Origin: an uncultured Cytophagia bacterium
GTDB lineage: Bacteria > Zhuqueibacterota > Zhuqueibacteria > Thermofontimicrobiales > Thiofontviventaceae
Assembly: GCA_964498785.1 (NCBI GenBank)
Contig: CAZCJL010000020.1
Span: 4,946 to 68,945 of the forward strand
Length of the DNA: 64,000 bases
Direction: 5' to 3'
Shown: one piece after another, positions 9,903 through 18,744 of the stretch
Layout of the letters: the number at the start of each line of letters is the position of its first letter
Numbering within the stretch: position 1 is the first letter of the stretch
The notes under the pieces: model-generated
The model's input: the letters and a program-made list of their open reading frames with translations, nothing else
The model's database searches: none
What the model was told of the DNA's origin: nothing
Translations under genes and position numbers: made by a program

Positions 9903-10056
9903 TGTGTATGTTTATCAAAATCTAAACATGCATTATGGCATGGATTTTTTATACTGGATTAGTCTTTTTTTTTAATTCAAATAAACATAAAATTAAATAA
10001 TGAGGTATGTATGACATGTAATTGAACCTTAATCTTTAATCTTAGGAGGGAGACAC

Positions 10057-10338
10057 ATGAATATTTATATTGGCAATTTGCCAAAGGATATGGAGGAAGA
10101 AGAACTTTTTGAAATGTTCACAGAGTACGGTTCTGTCAAAACTGTCAAAATAATCCGCGATCGACATACAAAAATTTCTCGTGGTTATGGTTTTATCGAA
10201 ATGGATGATGAAAAGGCAGCGAGAGAGGCAATTAATGATTGGGATCAAGGCTCAATTGATGATAACATCATTAGTGTTAAGGTTGCTTATTCATCACTAA
10301 AAAAACGATCCGTAATGAATCAAGCACATGCTTCTTAA
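10057..10338 (+). CDS. RRM (RNP-1) RNA-binding protein
   Basis: RNP2 IYIGNL and RNP1 RGYGFIEM. Strong AGGAGG RBS. Confidence 0.92.
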   Translation: MNIYIGNLPKDMEEEELFEMFTEYGSVKTVKIIRDRHTKISRGYGFIEMDDEKAAREAINDWDQGSIDDNIISVKVAYSSLKKRSVMNQAHAS

Positions 10339-10366
10339 TTCCCTTTGAAATTAGATAGGAGGGTTA

Positions 10367-12187
10367 GTGCACTTAATTGATTATACCATTCTATTTCTCT
10401 ACTTAAGCGCAATGATCATTGTTGGTGTGTTGCTCCAAAAACGAGCATCTGCTGGTATCGACTCTTATTTTTTAGGAAATAGAAAATTACCCTGGTGGGT
10501 ACTGGGAGCATCAGGCATGGCATCGAATCTGGATGTTAGTGGAACGATGATTAATACAGCCTGGATTTTTGCTCTGGGAGCTATCGGTTTTTTTATTGAA
10601 ATTCGAGGTGGCGTTACGCTTATTATGGCTTTCCTGATGATCTTTATGGGAAAATGGAACCGCCGCGCCAAAGTGATGACGATGGCAGAATGGATGGCAT
10701 TTCGCTTTGGAAAAGATAAAGAAGGTAACATTGCCAGATTGATTGCCGCTATTTCTATCATTATTGTGACAATCGCGATGATAACCTACTTTGCTGTTGG
10801 TTCCGGTAAATTTATTGGGGAATTTTTAGGTATCCCCGCTTTCTTAGGCCAACCACCAGAATTTTGGGCAGCATCAATTATGATTGTTCTTGCTATGATT
10901 TATACTGTGGCAAGTGGTTTGTATGGAGTTGTCTGGACTGATGTTTTTCAGGGTTTCCTGATTTTCGGACTCATTATTTATATAATTGCACTCGCCTTTT
11001 TTAAATACCCTCTTCCAGAGATTTTTGATATTTCGGTACCTCTTAAAGGTGGAGGGTTCCAACTAATTGAGGGAGTTTCCCGCCAACAATGGACGAGCAT
11101 TGTCCCGCCCTGGAAATTGGACTTTGGCCCAGAAAGCGCCTATTCGATCTATAATCTGTTTGGAATAGCAATTGTTTTTTATCTTCTCAAAGTAACAATT
11201 GAAGGGGCAGGTGGAACCAGTGGTTATATGATCCAACGATTTTTTGCAGCACGAAGTGACAGAGAATCCGGCTTATTATCTCTTTTCTGGACATTTTTGC
11301 TTGCTTTTCGCTGGCCTTTTGTTGCTGCAATTGCCATAATGGGAATTTCGTACGGGACCAGCAGTAATGCTGTTATTCAGGATCCTGAAAAAGTCATTCC
11401 AATTGTCATCTACAATGTCGTTCCAACGGGAATAAAAGGGTTGCTCATTGCAGGATTAATGGCCGCTGCCATGTCTACATTCGACTCGACTGTTAATTCT
11501 GGAGCTTCTTATTGGGTTAAAGATATCTATCAGGCATTTATCAATCCGAATGCATCGTCACGACAACTGATGTCTCATAGTCGATGGGCTTCCATTGTCA
11601 TTGTGTTGTTAGGTTTGTTTTTTAGTATTTTTATCAAAAATATTAATGATATTTGGGGTTGGCTTACAATGAGCATTGGTGCTGGGATGATTATCCCAAC
11701 GCTGGCGCGCTGGTATTGGTGGCGCTTGAACGGATATGGTTTTGCAATTGGCACAATCTTTGGCATGATTGCCGCTATTTTCCAACGGCTCGTTATGCCC
11801 GATGTGCCGGAGTATATTGCGTTCAGTTTTGCTTCGGGAATTTCTTTTATTACAATGATTTTCGGAACAATACTGACAAATCCTACCAATGAAAAAGTAC
11901 TCTATAATTTCTATAGAGAAACCCGACCATTTGGTTTTTGGGGGCAAGTAAGGAAACAAATTCCTGAGAGAATTATTGATAAAGTAAACAAAGAAAACCG
12001 CAGAGATATTATTGCGACATTTATTGCTGTTCCATGGCAGCTTGTTTTATTCATGACGCTAATGATGATACCAATGAAAAGATGGGATGTTTTCGGATAT
12101 CTCAGTATCATGCTCGTTGGCTTATCAGTCGGCCTTTATTTTTTCTGGTATCGACATCTATCCACTGAAGTAAAAATGGATGAATAA
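10367..12187 (+). CDS. Sodium:solute symporter family protein
   Basis: Polytopic membrane protein with YFLGNRKLPWW, GLYGVVWTDVFQ, QRFFAARS and GLMAAAMSTFDS motifs. GTG start with AGGAGG. Confidence 0.9.
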   Translation: MHLIDYTILFLYLSAMIIVGVLLQKRASAGIDSYFLGNRKLPWWVLGASGMASNLDVSGTMINTAWIFALGAIGFFIEIRGGVTLIMAFLMIFMGKWNRRAKVMTMAEWMAFRFGKDKEGNIARLIAAISIIIVTIAMITYFAVGSGKFIGEFLGIPAFLGQPPEFWAASIMIVLAMIYTVASGLYGVVWTDVFQGFLIFGLIIYIIALAFFKYPLPEIFDISVPLKGGGFQLIEGVSRQQWTSIVPPWKLDFGPESAYSIYNLFGIAIVFYLLKVTIEGAGGTSGYMIQRFFAARSDRESGLLSLFWTFLLAFRWPFVAAIAIMGISYGTSSNAVIQDPEKVIPIVIYNVVPTGIKGLLIAGLMAAAMSTFDSTVNSGASYWVKDIYQAFINPNASSRQLMSHSRWASIVIVLLGLFFSIFIKNINDIWGWLTMSIGAGMIIPTLARWYWWRLNGYGFAIGTIFGMIAAIFQRLVMPDVPEYIAFSFASGISFITMIFGTILTNPTNEKVLYNFYRETRPFGFWGQVRKQIPERIIDKVNKENRRDIIATFIAVPWQLVLFMTLMMIPMKRWDVFGYLSIMLVGLSVGLYFFWYRHLSTEVKMDE

Positions 12188-12211
12188 TCATTTAAATTAT
12201 TGCTGTAATAC

Positions 12212-13435
12212 ATGAGAAAAGCCCTGATTTTTACAATTTTCGTTTTTGTTGTTCTCACATGTAGCCGGAAAAATGAAAAACGGATTGTCGTGTGGCATTC
12301 AATGCGGCCGGCTGCTACAGAGATACTCAAAGAACAATTAAAAATATTTAGCAAAATGCATCCTGATTGGGAATTTCGGGAGCTTTTCTATGATCCGGAA
12401 ACAGCACGCACAAATTTTATTATATCTGCTATCGGAGGAAGCGGCCCGGATTTGTTTTGGGGGGCAAGTGATAATATCGGGCCCTTTGTTGAACTTGAGG
12501 TTATTAAACCCATAGAACCGTATGTCTCACAAGCGTTCCTGGATAGCTTTATAACTGATCCTATCTCCGCAAATACATGGTTTCAAGAACATCTCTATCA
12601 GGTTGCAGACAGAGTTGGTAATCATCTTTGTCTTGTTTACAATAAAAAATATATCGCAAATCCTCCGATAACCATGTCTCAGCTAATTGAAATTGGCCAA
12701 AATTTAATGGCAAATTCTGATTTTCCTGATCTTGATTATGCATTGGCATGGAACTACACGGAACCCTTTTTTGCAATTCCATTCATTGGCGGTTTCGGCG
12801 GGTGGATAATAGATGAAAATAATCAACCAACTCTTAATACACCGGCAACTATTAAAGCAGCACAATTTATTTACGATCTCGCAAATGTCGAAAAAATTAT
12901 CCCAATTGAAAGCGATTATGAAACTGCCAACGCGTTATTTAAAGACGGCCTAACTGCAATGATCATTAATGGACCCTGGTCATGGAACACGTATATTGAT
13001 AACGGAATTGATATCGGAATTGCCCGTATTCCAAAGATTGATGAAACAGGTTTATGGCCCACTCCCATTATCTCACCATTAGGATATTCATTAAATACAA
13101 ATATATATGGGGAAAAACTTAAAATCACTATCGAACTGCTGAAATTCCTTACATCACCTGAAGTAGAACTTCAATTTACGAAATTCATGGCAACAGTACC
13201 TTCACGAAAAGAAGCATTTAAAACCTCATTTGTTACGACTAATGAACTGCTCAGAACTTCAATCACCCAGATTGAAGTTGGAAAACCAATGCCTGTTGTT
13301 ACAGAATTACGGTGGATATGGGATGCAATGCGGCCGGCTTATCAGGGAATTTTTACTGGTAAATATTCACCGGAACAAGCCGCTAATATGATGCAGGAAC
13401 TTGCTGTTAAACTAATAAAAGAAAACAGACGATAA
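12212..13435 (+). CDS. Sugar (maltose/maltodextrin-type) ABC transporter substrate-binding lipoprotein
   Basis: Lipobox VLTC. Motifs VVWH, GPDLF, LVYNKK, AMIINGPW and terminal SPEQAA. Confidence 0.87.
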   Translation: MRKALIFTIFVFVVLTCSRKNEKRIVVWHSMRPAATEILKEQLKIFSKMHPDWEFRELFYDPETARTNFIISAIGGSGPDLFWGASDNIGPFVELEVIKPIEPYVSQAFLDSFITDPISANTWFQEHLYQVADRVGNHLCLVYNKKYIANPPITMSQLIEIGQNLMANSDFPDLDYALAWNYTEPFFAIPFIGGFGGWIIDENNQPTLNTPATIKAAQFIYDLANVEKIIPIESDYETANALFKDGLTAMIINGPWSWNTYIDNGIDIGIARIPKIDETGLWPTPIISPLGYSLNTNIYGEKLKITIELLKFLTSPEVELQFTKFMATVPSRKEAFKTSFVTTNELLRTSITQIEVGKPMPVVTELRWIWDAMRPAYQGIFTGKYSPEQAANMMQELAVKLIKENRR

Positions 13436-13436
13436 A

Positions 13437-14363
13437 ATGGGAACAGTCGGATATTCGCAAAATAATCGATTAGCATATTATTATGCTTTGCCAGCACTTT
13501 TTGTTATGGCGCTGGTCGTGGTGTATCCGTTTATATACAATGTTATCATCTCATTCTCCAATATGAACCTGACGCATTTCAGGGATTGGCAAATTGTGGG
13601 TCTCAGAAGCTACTGGCAGGTATTGACTGACGATACAATGCATTTAAAGCTATTAGGAATACCAGTCCCCGATTTCTGGTATTTTTTTATTAAAACAATT
13701 TTATGGACAGCTTTAAACATCTTATTTCATGTGACGATTGGTGTTTTTCTGGCAATAATTTTAGATAAAGACATTAAAGGAAAAACTGTTTTTCGAACGT
13801 TGCTTATTCTACCATGGGCCGTTCCCCAATATATTACCGCGCTAACATGGCGGGGAATGTTTACCTCCAATTATGGCGCAATTAGTTTGTTTTCTGAAAA
13901 ATTCTTTGATACACAAATTCCCTGGCTAACAACAGAATGGGGCGCTTTTTCTGCATGTCTAATAACAAATATTTGGTTGGGTTTTCCGTTCATGATGATT
14001 ATTGCACTCGGAGGATTACAAAGCATACCTGATGAACTTTATGAAGCAGCAGAAATTGACGGTGCTGCATGGTTCCATAAACTCAAAAATATTACCATTC
14101 CATTACTTAAGCCTGTAATGATTCCGGCAATTACTTTAGGTGTTATTTGGACATTTAATAATTTTAATGTCGTATGGTTGGTTAGCAACGGAGGTGAGCC
14201 GTCGGATACAACACATATTCTCGTTTCCTGGGTTTATAAGTCCGGTTTTACATATATTCGAATGGGTTATGCAGCCGCTTTTTCGATGATCATTTTTGCT
14301 ATTTTAATTGTGTTTAGCTGGAATTTTATTAAACGAACAAAAGCCACAGAAGCTGTTTACTGA
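13437..14363 (+). CDS. Sugar ABC transporter permease (MalF-like)
   Basis: LLILPWAVP, NIWLGFPFMM and EAA loop ELYEAAEIDGA. Confidence 0.9.
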   Translation: MGTVGYSQNNRLAYYYALPALFVMALVVVYPFIYNVIISFSNMNLTHFRDWQIVGLRSYWQVLTDDTMHLKLLGIPVPDFWYFFIKTILWTALNILFHVTIGVFLAIILDKDIKGKTVFRTLLILPWAVPQYITALTWRGMFTSNYGAISLFSEKFFDTQIPWLTTEWGAFSACLITNIWLGFPFMMIIALGGLQSIPDELYEAAEIDGAAWFHKLKNITIPLLKPVMIPAITLGVIWTFNNFNVVWLVSNGGEPSDTTHILVSWVYKSGFTYIRMGYAAAFSMIIFAILIVFSWNFIKRTKATEAVY

Positions 14364-14668
14364 TGAAATTAATAATACCAACAGAATATAAATGCTATTT
14401 TTTAACTGATAATTTTAAGCAATATAACAAAATAAATCACAAATACATTATTATGCATAGAATAATGGAATATGGTTCAAGTGATGCTTTAAGATGGTTG
14501 TTATCCATTTACTCAAAACATGAGATAAAAGATTTTATCCTTAAAAAGGGAATCAAATATTTATCAAATAAATCACTGACATACTATCGCGTAATTTTGG
14601 ACATATCGGAAGACGAATGGAAACGAATATCCTTACAGAAACGCAGAAATCATTTTTTAGCAAGTTAA
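14363..14668 (+). CDS. DUF6922-like protein, putative antitoxin partner of an AbiEii-type nucleotidyltransferase
   Basis: Pattern IIMHRIMEYG..ALRWLLSIYSKHEI..LSNKSLTYYRVILDI. Immediately upstream of, and overlapping, an AbiEii-like gene. Confidence 0.65.
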   Translation: MKLIIPTEYKCYFLTDNFKQYNKINHKYIIMHRIMEYGSSDALRWLLSIYSKHEIKDFILKKGIKYLSNKSLTYYRVILDISEDEWKRISLQKRRNHFLAS

Positions 14669-15243
14669 ATGAAATTGAAATAATCAAACATTTTTATCTC
14701 GGAAATGGAACCGGCCTCGCCTTGCAGATTGGTCACCGGAAAATTAATGAACTAAATTTCTATACAGCCGAAAATCAATATAATAATTTTCTTAAAAATA
14801 CTTTAACTAAAAGTGATTTATATAAATTAATCTATGAAGATTCAAAAAATATTACATTTTCCTATGAAAACAATTTAGTTTATTTTTCTGAACACCCCTA
14901 TCCCCTGCTCGGTTTAGTTAAAAAAACTGAGTGGAATTTCGGATGTTTGGATATTAAAGATATTGCCTGCATGTGTCTTTTTAATATTGTAAGCAGGGGT
15001 TTTATTACCGATTTTATTGACTTGTACTATATTATTTTCAAAAAATACAGTCTTGATCAGATCATTTCTTTTTTTGAAGATAAATATCGTTCCATTTCTT
15101 ATGAAAATCAACTCATTTTGAAAAGCTTAGTCTATTTTGATGAGGCAAATATTCAATCGCGACCAGATATGCTGGTTGATATGAATTGGGGGAAAATTAA
15201 AAATTATTTTACGAAATATGTTAAAGTAATGAATAAACTATAG
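14617..15243 (+). CDS. AbiEii/AbiGii-family nucleotidyltransferase, apparently catalytically degenerate
   Basis: FYLGNGTGLALQIGHRKINELNFY corresponds to the family pattern FYLAGGTALALxxGHRxSxDLDF. Also RGFITDFIDLY and LKSLVYFDEA. Confidence 0.75.
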   Translation: METNILTETQKSFFSKLNEIEIIKHFYLGNGTGLALQIGHRKINELNFYTAENQYNNFLKNTLTKSDLYKLIYEDSKNITFSYENNLVYFSEHPYPLLGLVKKTEWNFGCLDIKDIACMCLFNIVSRGFITDFIDLYYIIFKKYSLDQIISFFEDKYRSISYENQLILKSLVYFDEANIQSRPDMLVDMNWGKIKNYFTKYVKVMNKL

Positions 15244-15251
15244 AACCTAAT

Positions 15252-16094
15252 ATGCGAAATCCAAGAGACCTATCAAAGGTAGGCAAAACTGGAGCCTATG
15301 TCGTTTTGACTATTTTTACATTGTTTGCCATTTACCCGATTTTACGGGTAATTAGTATTTCCTTGCGACCGGGTGATCGACTGTTGAGCAAATCACTGGC
15401 AATTATTCCGGATGGAGCTTCATTAACGAACTACTATAATCTAATTTTTAATCAGCCATTTTTAAGTTGGATGTGGAACAGCATCATTGTCTCAGCAATC
15501 GTAACATTTGTCGGCGTGGGGTTGGCAGCAAGCGCAGGATATTCTTTTTCCCGCTATAAATTTATCGGGCGAAACTCTGCAATGTTTGGATTAATCGCAA
15601 CACAAATGTTTCCGGCAACAATGTTACTTCTTCCATTATTCATTACTCTTATTAAATTAAAGTTATATGATTCATATTTAAGCTTGATCGTTGCATACTC
15701 CGCAACTGCATTGCCTTTTACAACATGGCAAATGAAGGGTTATTATGATACTATCCCGTTTAGCATCGAAGAAGCAGCAAGCATCGATGGTTCTTCTCAA
15801 TTTGGAACTTTTTGGAGAATCGTGCTGCCATTGGCATCTCCGGCATTGGTTATTACTGCGCTGTTTTCGTTTATGACAGCCTGGTCTGAATATCTGGTTG
15901 CAGCCGTCCTAATCCAGGATCAAAGTTTATTTACACTGCCATTAGGTTTAAAAATGTTTCAATCAGCGATGGAAACATCTTGGGGGCTTTATTCGGCTGG
16001 TGCAGTCCTTGTAAGCATTCCGATTGTGACGCTATTTCTTTATCTGAGTCAATGGCTAATTTCCGGATTAACGCTTGGCAGTGTAAAAGGATAA
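15252..16094 (+). CDS. Sugar ABC transporter permease (MalG-like)
   Basis: WMWNS, QMFP, EAA loop SIEEAASIDG, FTLPLGL and C-terminal GLTLGSVKG. Confidence 0.9.
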   Translation: MRNPRDLSKVGKTGAYVVLTIFTLFAIYPILRVISISLRPGDRLLSKSLAIIPDGASLTNYYNLIFNQPFLSWMWNSIIVSAIVTFVGVGLAASAGYSFSRYKFIGRNSAMFGLIATQMFPATMLLLPLFITLIKLKLYDSYLSLIVAYSATALPFTTWQMKGYYDTIPFSIEEAASIDGSSQFGTFWRIVLPLASPALVITALFSFMTAWSEYLVAAVLIQDQSLFTLPLGLKMFQSAMETSWGLYSAGAVLVSIPIVTLFLYLSQWLISGLTLGSVKG

Positions 16095-16117
16095 TACATT
16101 TTTTTGAGGGAATTAAA

Positions 16118-17188
16118 ATGAAACAGTGGCTTAGTTTTTTCTCGATTCTGATTCTTATTTTATTTATCAACGGATGCGGCGTTTTTCAACCCGCATGGAA
16201 AAAGATTCAATTATCAAATGAAGAATTAGAGACTATTGAATTGCTAAAAATTGATGATCAGACAATTAAAAAATTAGATGCAAAACCGTTATATAAATTT
16301 AATGAAAAAGAGCTTGATACTTATCTCGGTTACTTGCAATTCATTGAACCCGACCTGCGTAAAAGGATTCAGCATCTCGCCCGAAAATGCATTGGCCAAC
16401 AGTATCAAATTTTTTTACTTGGTGAATTCCCAGTTGAGTTATTCGACTCTGAACCACTTTTTTCTCTTCAAAAAAGCGATTGTGTCGTATTTAGTGAACA
16501 TATATATGCTATGGCGCTGGCATTTGATTGGAAAAGTTTCTTTGGCATGTTACAACGTATCCGTTATAAAAATGGTGAAATCAGTTTAGTAACACGAAAT
16601 CATTATACAGAACTTGATTGGAATCGAAATAATAATTGGCTTGTCGAAGATATTACGGATAAATTAGGCGGAAAATATGTGGTTACTGTAAATTCGACGT
16701 ATGATAAGGCAAAATTTTTTAGAAAATGGGGATTAGGGCGCGATATTCACCCCGATACGCTTAATTGGACTTATATCCCCTATCAACACATTGAAAAAGT
16801 AATTGACAAATTGAAACCCGGTGATTTTGTAAATGTGATTCGTGGAAATGATGAAAGCAAGTGGGTTGGGCATGTTGGATTAATTACCAGGGGAGCTAAC
16901 GGCGAAATCAATTTCCTGCATTCTGCTAAACCAGAAGTTCGCGAACAACCGTTACTTGGATATATGCAGGAGAGTCTGAAATTAAATTTATATCGAAAAC
17001 AAAAGAATCAAAAAATTTATGAATATAATGAAAAGATCATAAAAAATCAATCCGATAAAAAATTAAAGACACCTCTCCCCTATTTTTACGGTTTTAAATT
17101 TCTAAAATTAAGACAGGATCCGTTATGGGAATTGGTAAAAATTGATGGATTTCGGGCACCAAAAGTCACAATCCCTTCAATTTATTAA
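16118..17188 (+). CDS. DUF1460 (NlpC/P60-superfamily) N-acetylmuramoyl-L-alanine amidase-like lipoprotein
   Basis: Start refined to ATG 16118 (GAGGG RBS). Lipobox INGC, catalytic-type SDCVVF, IRYKNG...RNHY, GHVG and FLHSA. Confidence 0.78.
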   Translation: MKQWLSFFSILILILFINGCGVFQPAWKKIQLSNEELETIELLKIDDQTIKKLDAKPLYKFNEKELDTYLGYLQFIEPDLRKRIQHLARKCIGQQYQIFLLGEFPVELFDSEPLFSLQKSDCVVFSEHIYAMALAFDWKSFFGMLQRIRYKNGEISLVTRNHYTELDWNRNNNWLVEDITDKLGGKYVVTVNSTYDKAKFFRKWGLGRDIHPDTLNWTYIPYQHIEKVIDKLKPGDFVNVIRGNDESKWVGHVGLITRGANGEINFLHSAKPEVREQPLLGYMQESLKLNLYRKQKNQKIYEYNEKIIKNQSDKKLKTPLPYFYGFKFLKLRQDPLWELVKIDGFRAPKVTIPSIY

Positions 17189-17199
17189 GGTGTAGAAGT

Positions 17200-17706
17200 A
17201 TGATCGATTCTCAAAAATTAACAAAATCAGAATTACACGATCTTTTAGTCGATGCAGCAAAAAACTGGCTGGCACACGATGGTTTATGGTTTCTTGCCGC
17301 GGAAGAAAAATACGGAATGCCGGCTGCAATTGAACTTGACCGTGAAGCATGGCGAAAATTCACTGTGGTGGAAGCAAAACGAATCATGAAGCGTTTGGGA
17401 ATGGAACCTGGCGGAGGAATTCCGGCGTTAATAACAGCGCTGGATTATCGCCTTTATGCCTATATTAACATACAATCGGTTGAAGCTGTCAGCGCTAATC
17501 GGTGTATTTTTAAAATGAATAATTGCCGCGTACAAGCCGCCAGAAAAATGAAGAACCTCCCTGATTTTCCCTGCAAATCAGTTGGAATTGTTGAATATCG
17601 ATATTTTGCCCAAACAATAGATCCACAAATTAAAACAAAATGCCTTACCTGTCCCCCGGATGACCATCCTGATGATTATTACTGTGCATGGGAATTTACA
17701 ATCTGA
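17200..17706 (+). CDS. DUF6125-family protein (V4R-like, Cys-rich)
   Basis: WLAHDGLWFLA, CRVQAAR, FPCKSVG and CLTCPPD.HP..YCAWEF pattern. Confidence 0.75.
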   Translation: MIDSQKLTKSELHDLLVDAAKNWLAHDGLWFLAAEEKYGMPAAIELDREAWRKFTVVEAKRIMKRLGMEPGGGIPALITALDYRLYAYINIQSVEAVSANRCIFKMNNCRVQAARKMKNLPDFPCKSVGIVEYRYFAQTIDPQIKTKCLTCPPDDHPDDYYCAWEFTI

Positions 17707-18401
17707 TTATGAATATTTTTCAAATTATCAAAATGCTTTTGATTTACATAAAGAAAACCTGTTCCCATTGGCCCAACTAACCATTTCATGCCACCGGCAC
17801 AATAAAAATCGATACTGTATTTGTTAAGCTGTGCCGGGATGGCGCCAACAGCCTGAATACCATCAACGATCAGATACAGACCATGTTCTTTTGCAATATC
17901 TCCTAATTTTGGAAGATTAAGACGGTAGCCGGACAAAAAATGGACATGATCCACAACAATTGCACGAGTATGACTATCAATATTTTCAATTAGCCTCCTA
18001 TAAAAGTTAACCCCGTTGTTTAGCGGAACATATTTTTTTTTCGCAACATCAAAAATATGATGCAGGATATACAAGCTCGCCGGAAATGCGTCGGCTTGTA
18101 CAATTATATTGTCCCCTGCTTTTAAGTCTATCGAGTGCAATGCAATTGATAACCCCTCGGTTGTATTATGAATGAATGCAATTTCATCAGAGTCAGCAGT
18201 AACCATTTGGGCCATTGCTGCCCGGAAGTCATTTAATTTGCTCATTATTTCCTCAATACGGGGCTCACCTGTTTCTACTAATTGATCAATTAACGACTTC
18301 ATGGCTTCTGTGCATTGTAACGGCATCATACCAACAGCAGCATGATTTAAATACGTCTGATTTGATTTATCATTAAAATATTTCCGGAATTTCTTATCCA
18401 T
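17679..18401 (-). pseudogene. C-terminally truncated class V PLP aminotransferase (cysteine desulfurase-like)
   Basis: YLNHAAVG, NTTEG, IVDGIQAVG and PLP-lysine motif GGMKWLVGPMGTGFLYV. The frame ends about 20 residues later inside the convergent gene, so the whole small C-terminal domain is missing. Confidence 0.72.
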
Positions 18402-18430
18402 CTTATCTCCTATGATTTAAATTACTTAAT

Positions 18431-18459
18431 AACATACTTATTTTCAAATAAATAGTCAA
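18431..18459 (-). promoter_or_regulatory. Sigma70-type promoter of the aminotransferase gene
   Basis: Minus strand TTGACT, 17 bp, TATGTT. Confidence 0.4.
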
Positions 18460-18516
18460 GTATTATTATAATATAAAAGCACGATCTCTTATTCTTTGAT
18501 AAATATAAAAATACAG

Positions 18517-18545
18517 TTGAAATTTATTAAAAAATTAGTTATATT
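18517..18545 (+). promoter_or_regulatory. Sigma70-type promoter of the Omp85/kinase/NTT operon
   Basis: TTGAAA, 17 bp, TATATT. The AT-rich background lowers specificity. Confidence 0.4.
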
Positions 18546-18630
18546 CAGGGAATTCAGTTATTCGGAGTTAACTATAAAATTATATTTTATCTTAAATAAC
18601 GTACGTTCGAACTAGGCAATTTAAAGCAAT

Positions 18631-18717
18631 TTTAGCCCCGGATTGACACTGATAAATACAGATTCTTTTTAATTTTCAAACGAAATTCGTGTTCAATCCA
18701 GGCGGATCAGTGGCAAA
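18631..18717. repeat. Imperfect inverted repeat made of degenerate ~10-11 nt CACNGATT-like units (REP-like)
   Basis: Left arm TTTAGCCCCGGATTGACACTGATAAATACAGATT. Reverse complement of the right arm is TTTGCCACTGATCCGCCTGGATTGAACACGAATT. Confidence 0.45.
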
Positions 18718-18744
18718 TAATAATTTTAAAGGATTATAAAACGA

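Noticed and set aside
10000-10024. GAGGT followed by a four-codon mini-ORF (MTCN) in the RRM gene leader
   Set aside because: Too short to distinguish from chance, with no supporting structure.
15980-16117. Cys-rich N-terminal extension of the DUF1460 ORF
   Set aside because: It overlaps the permease in another frame. The RBS and lipoprotein signal begin at 16118.
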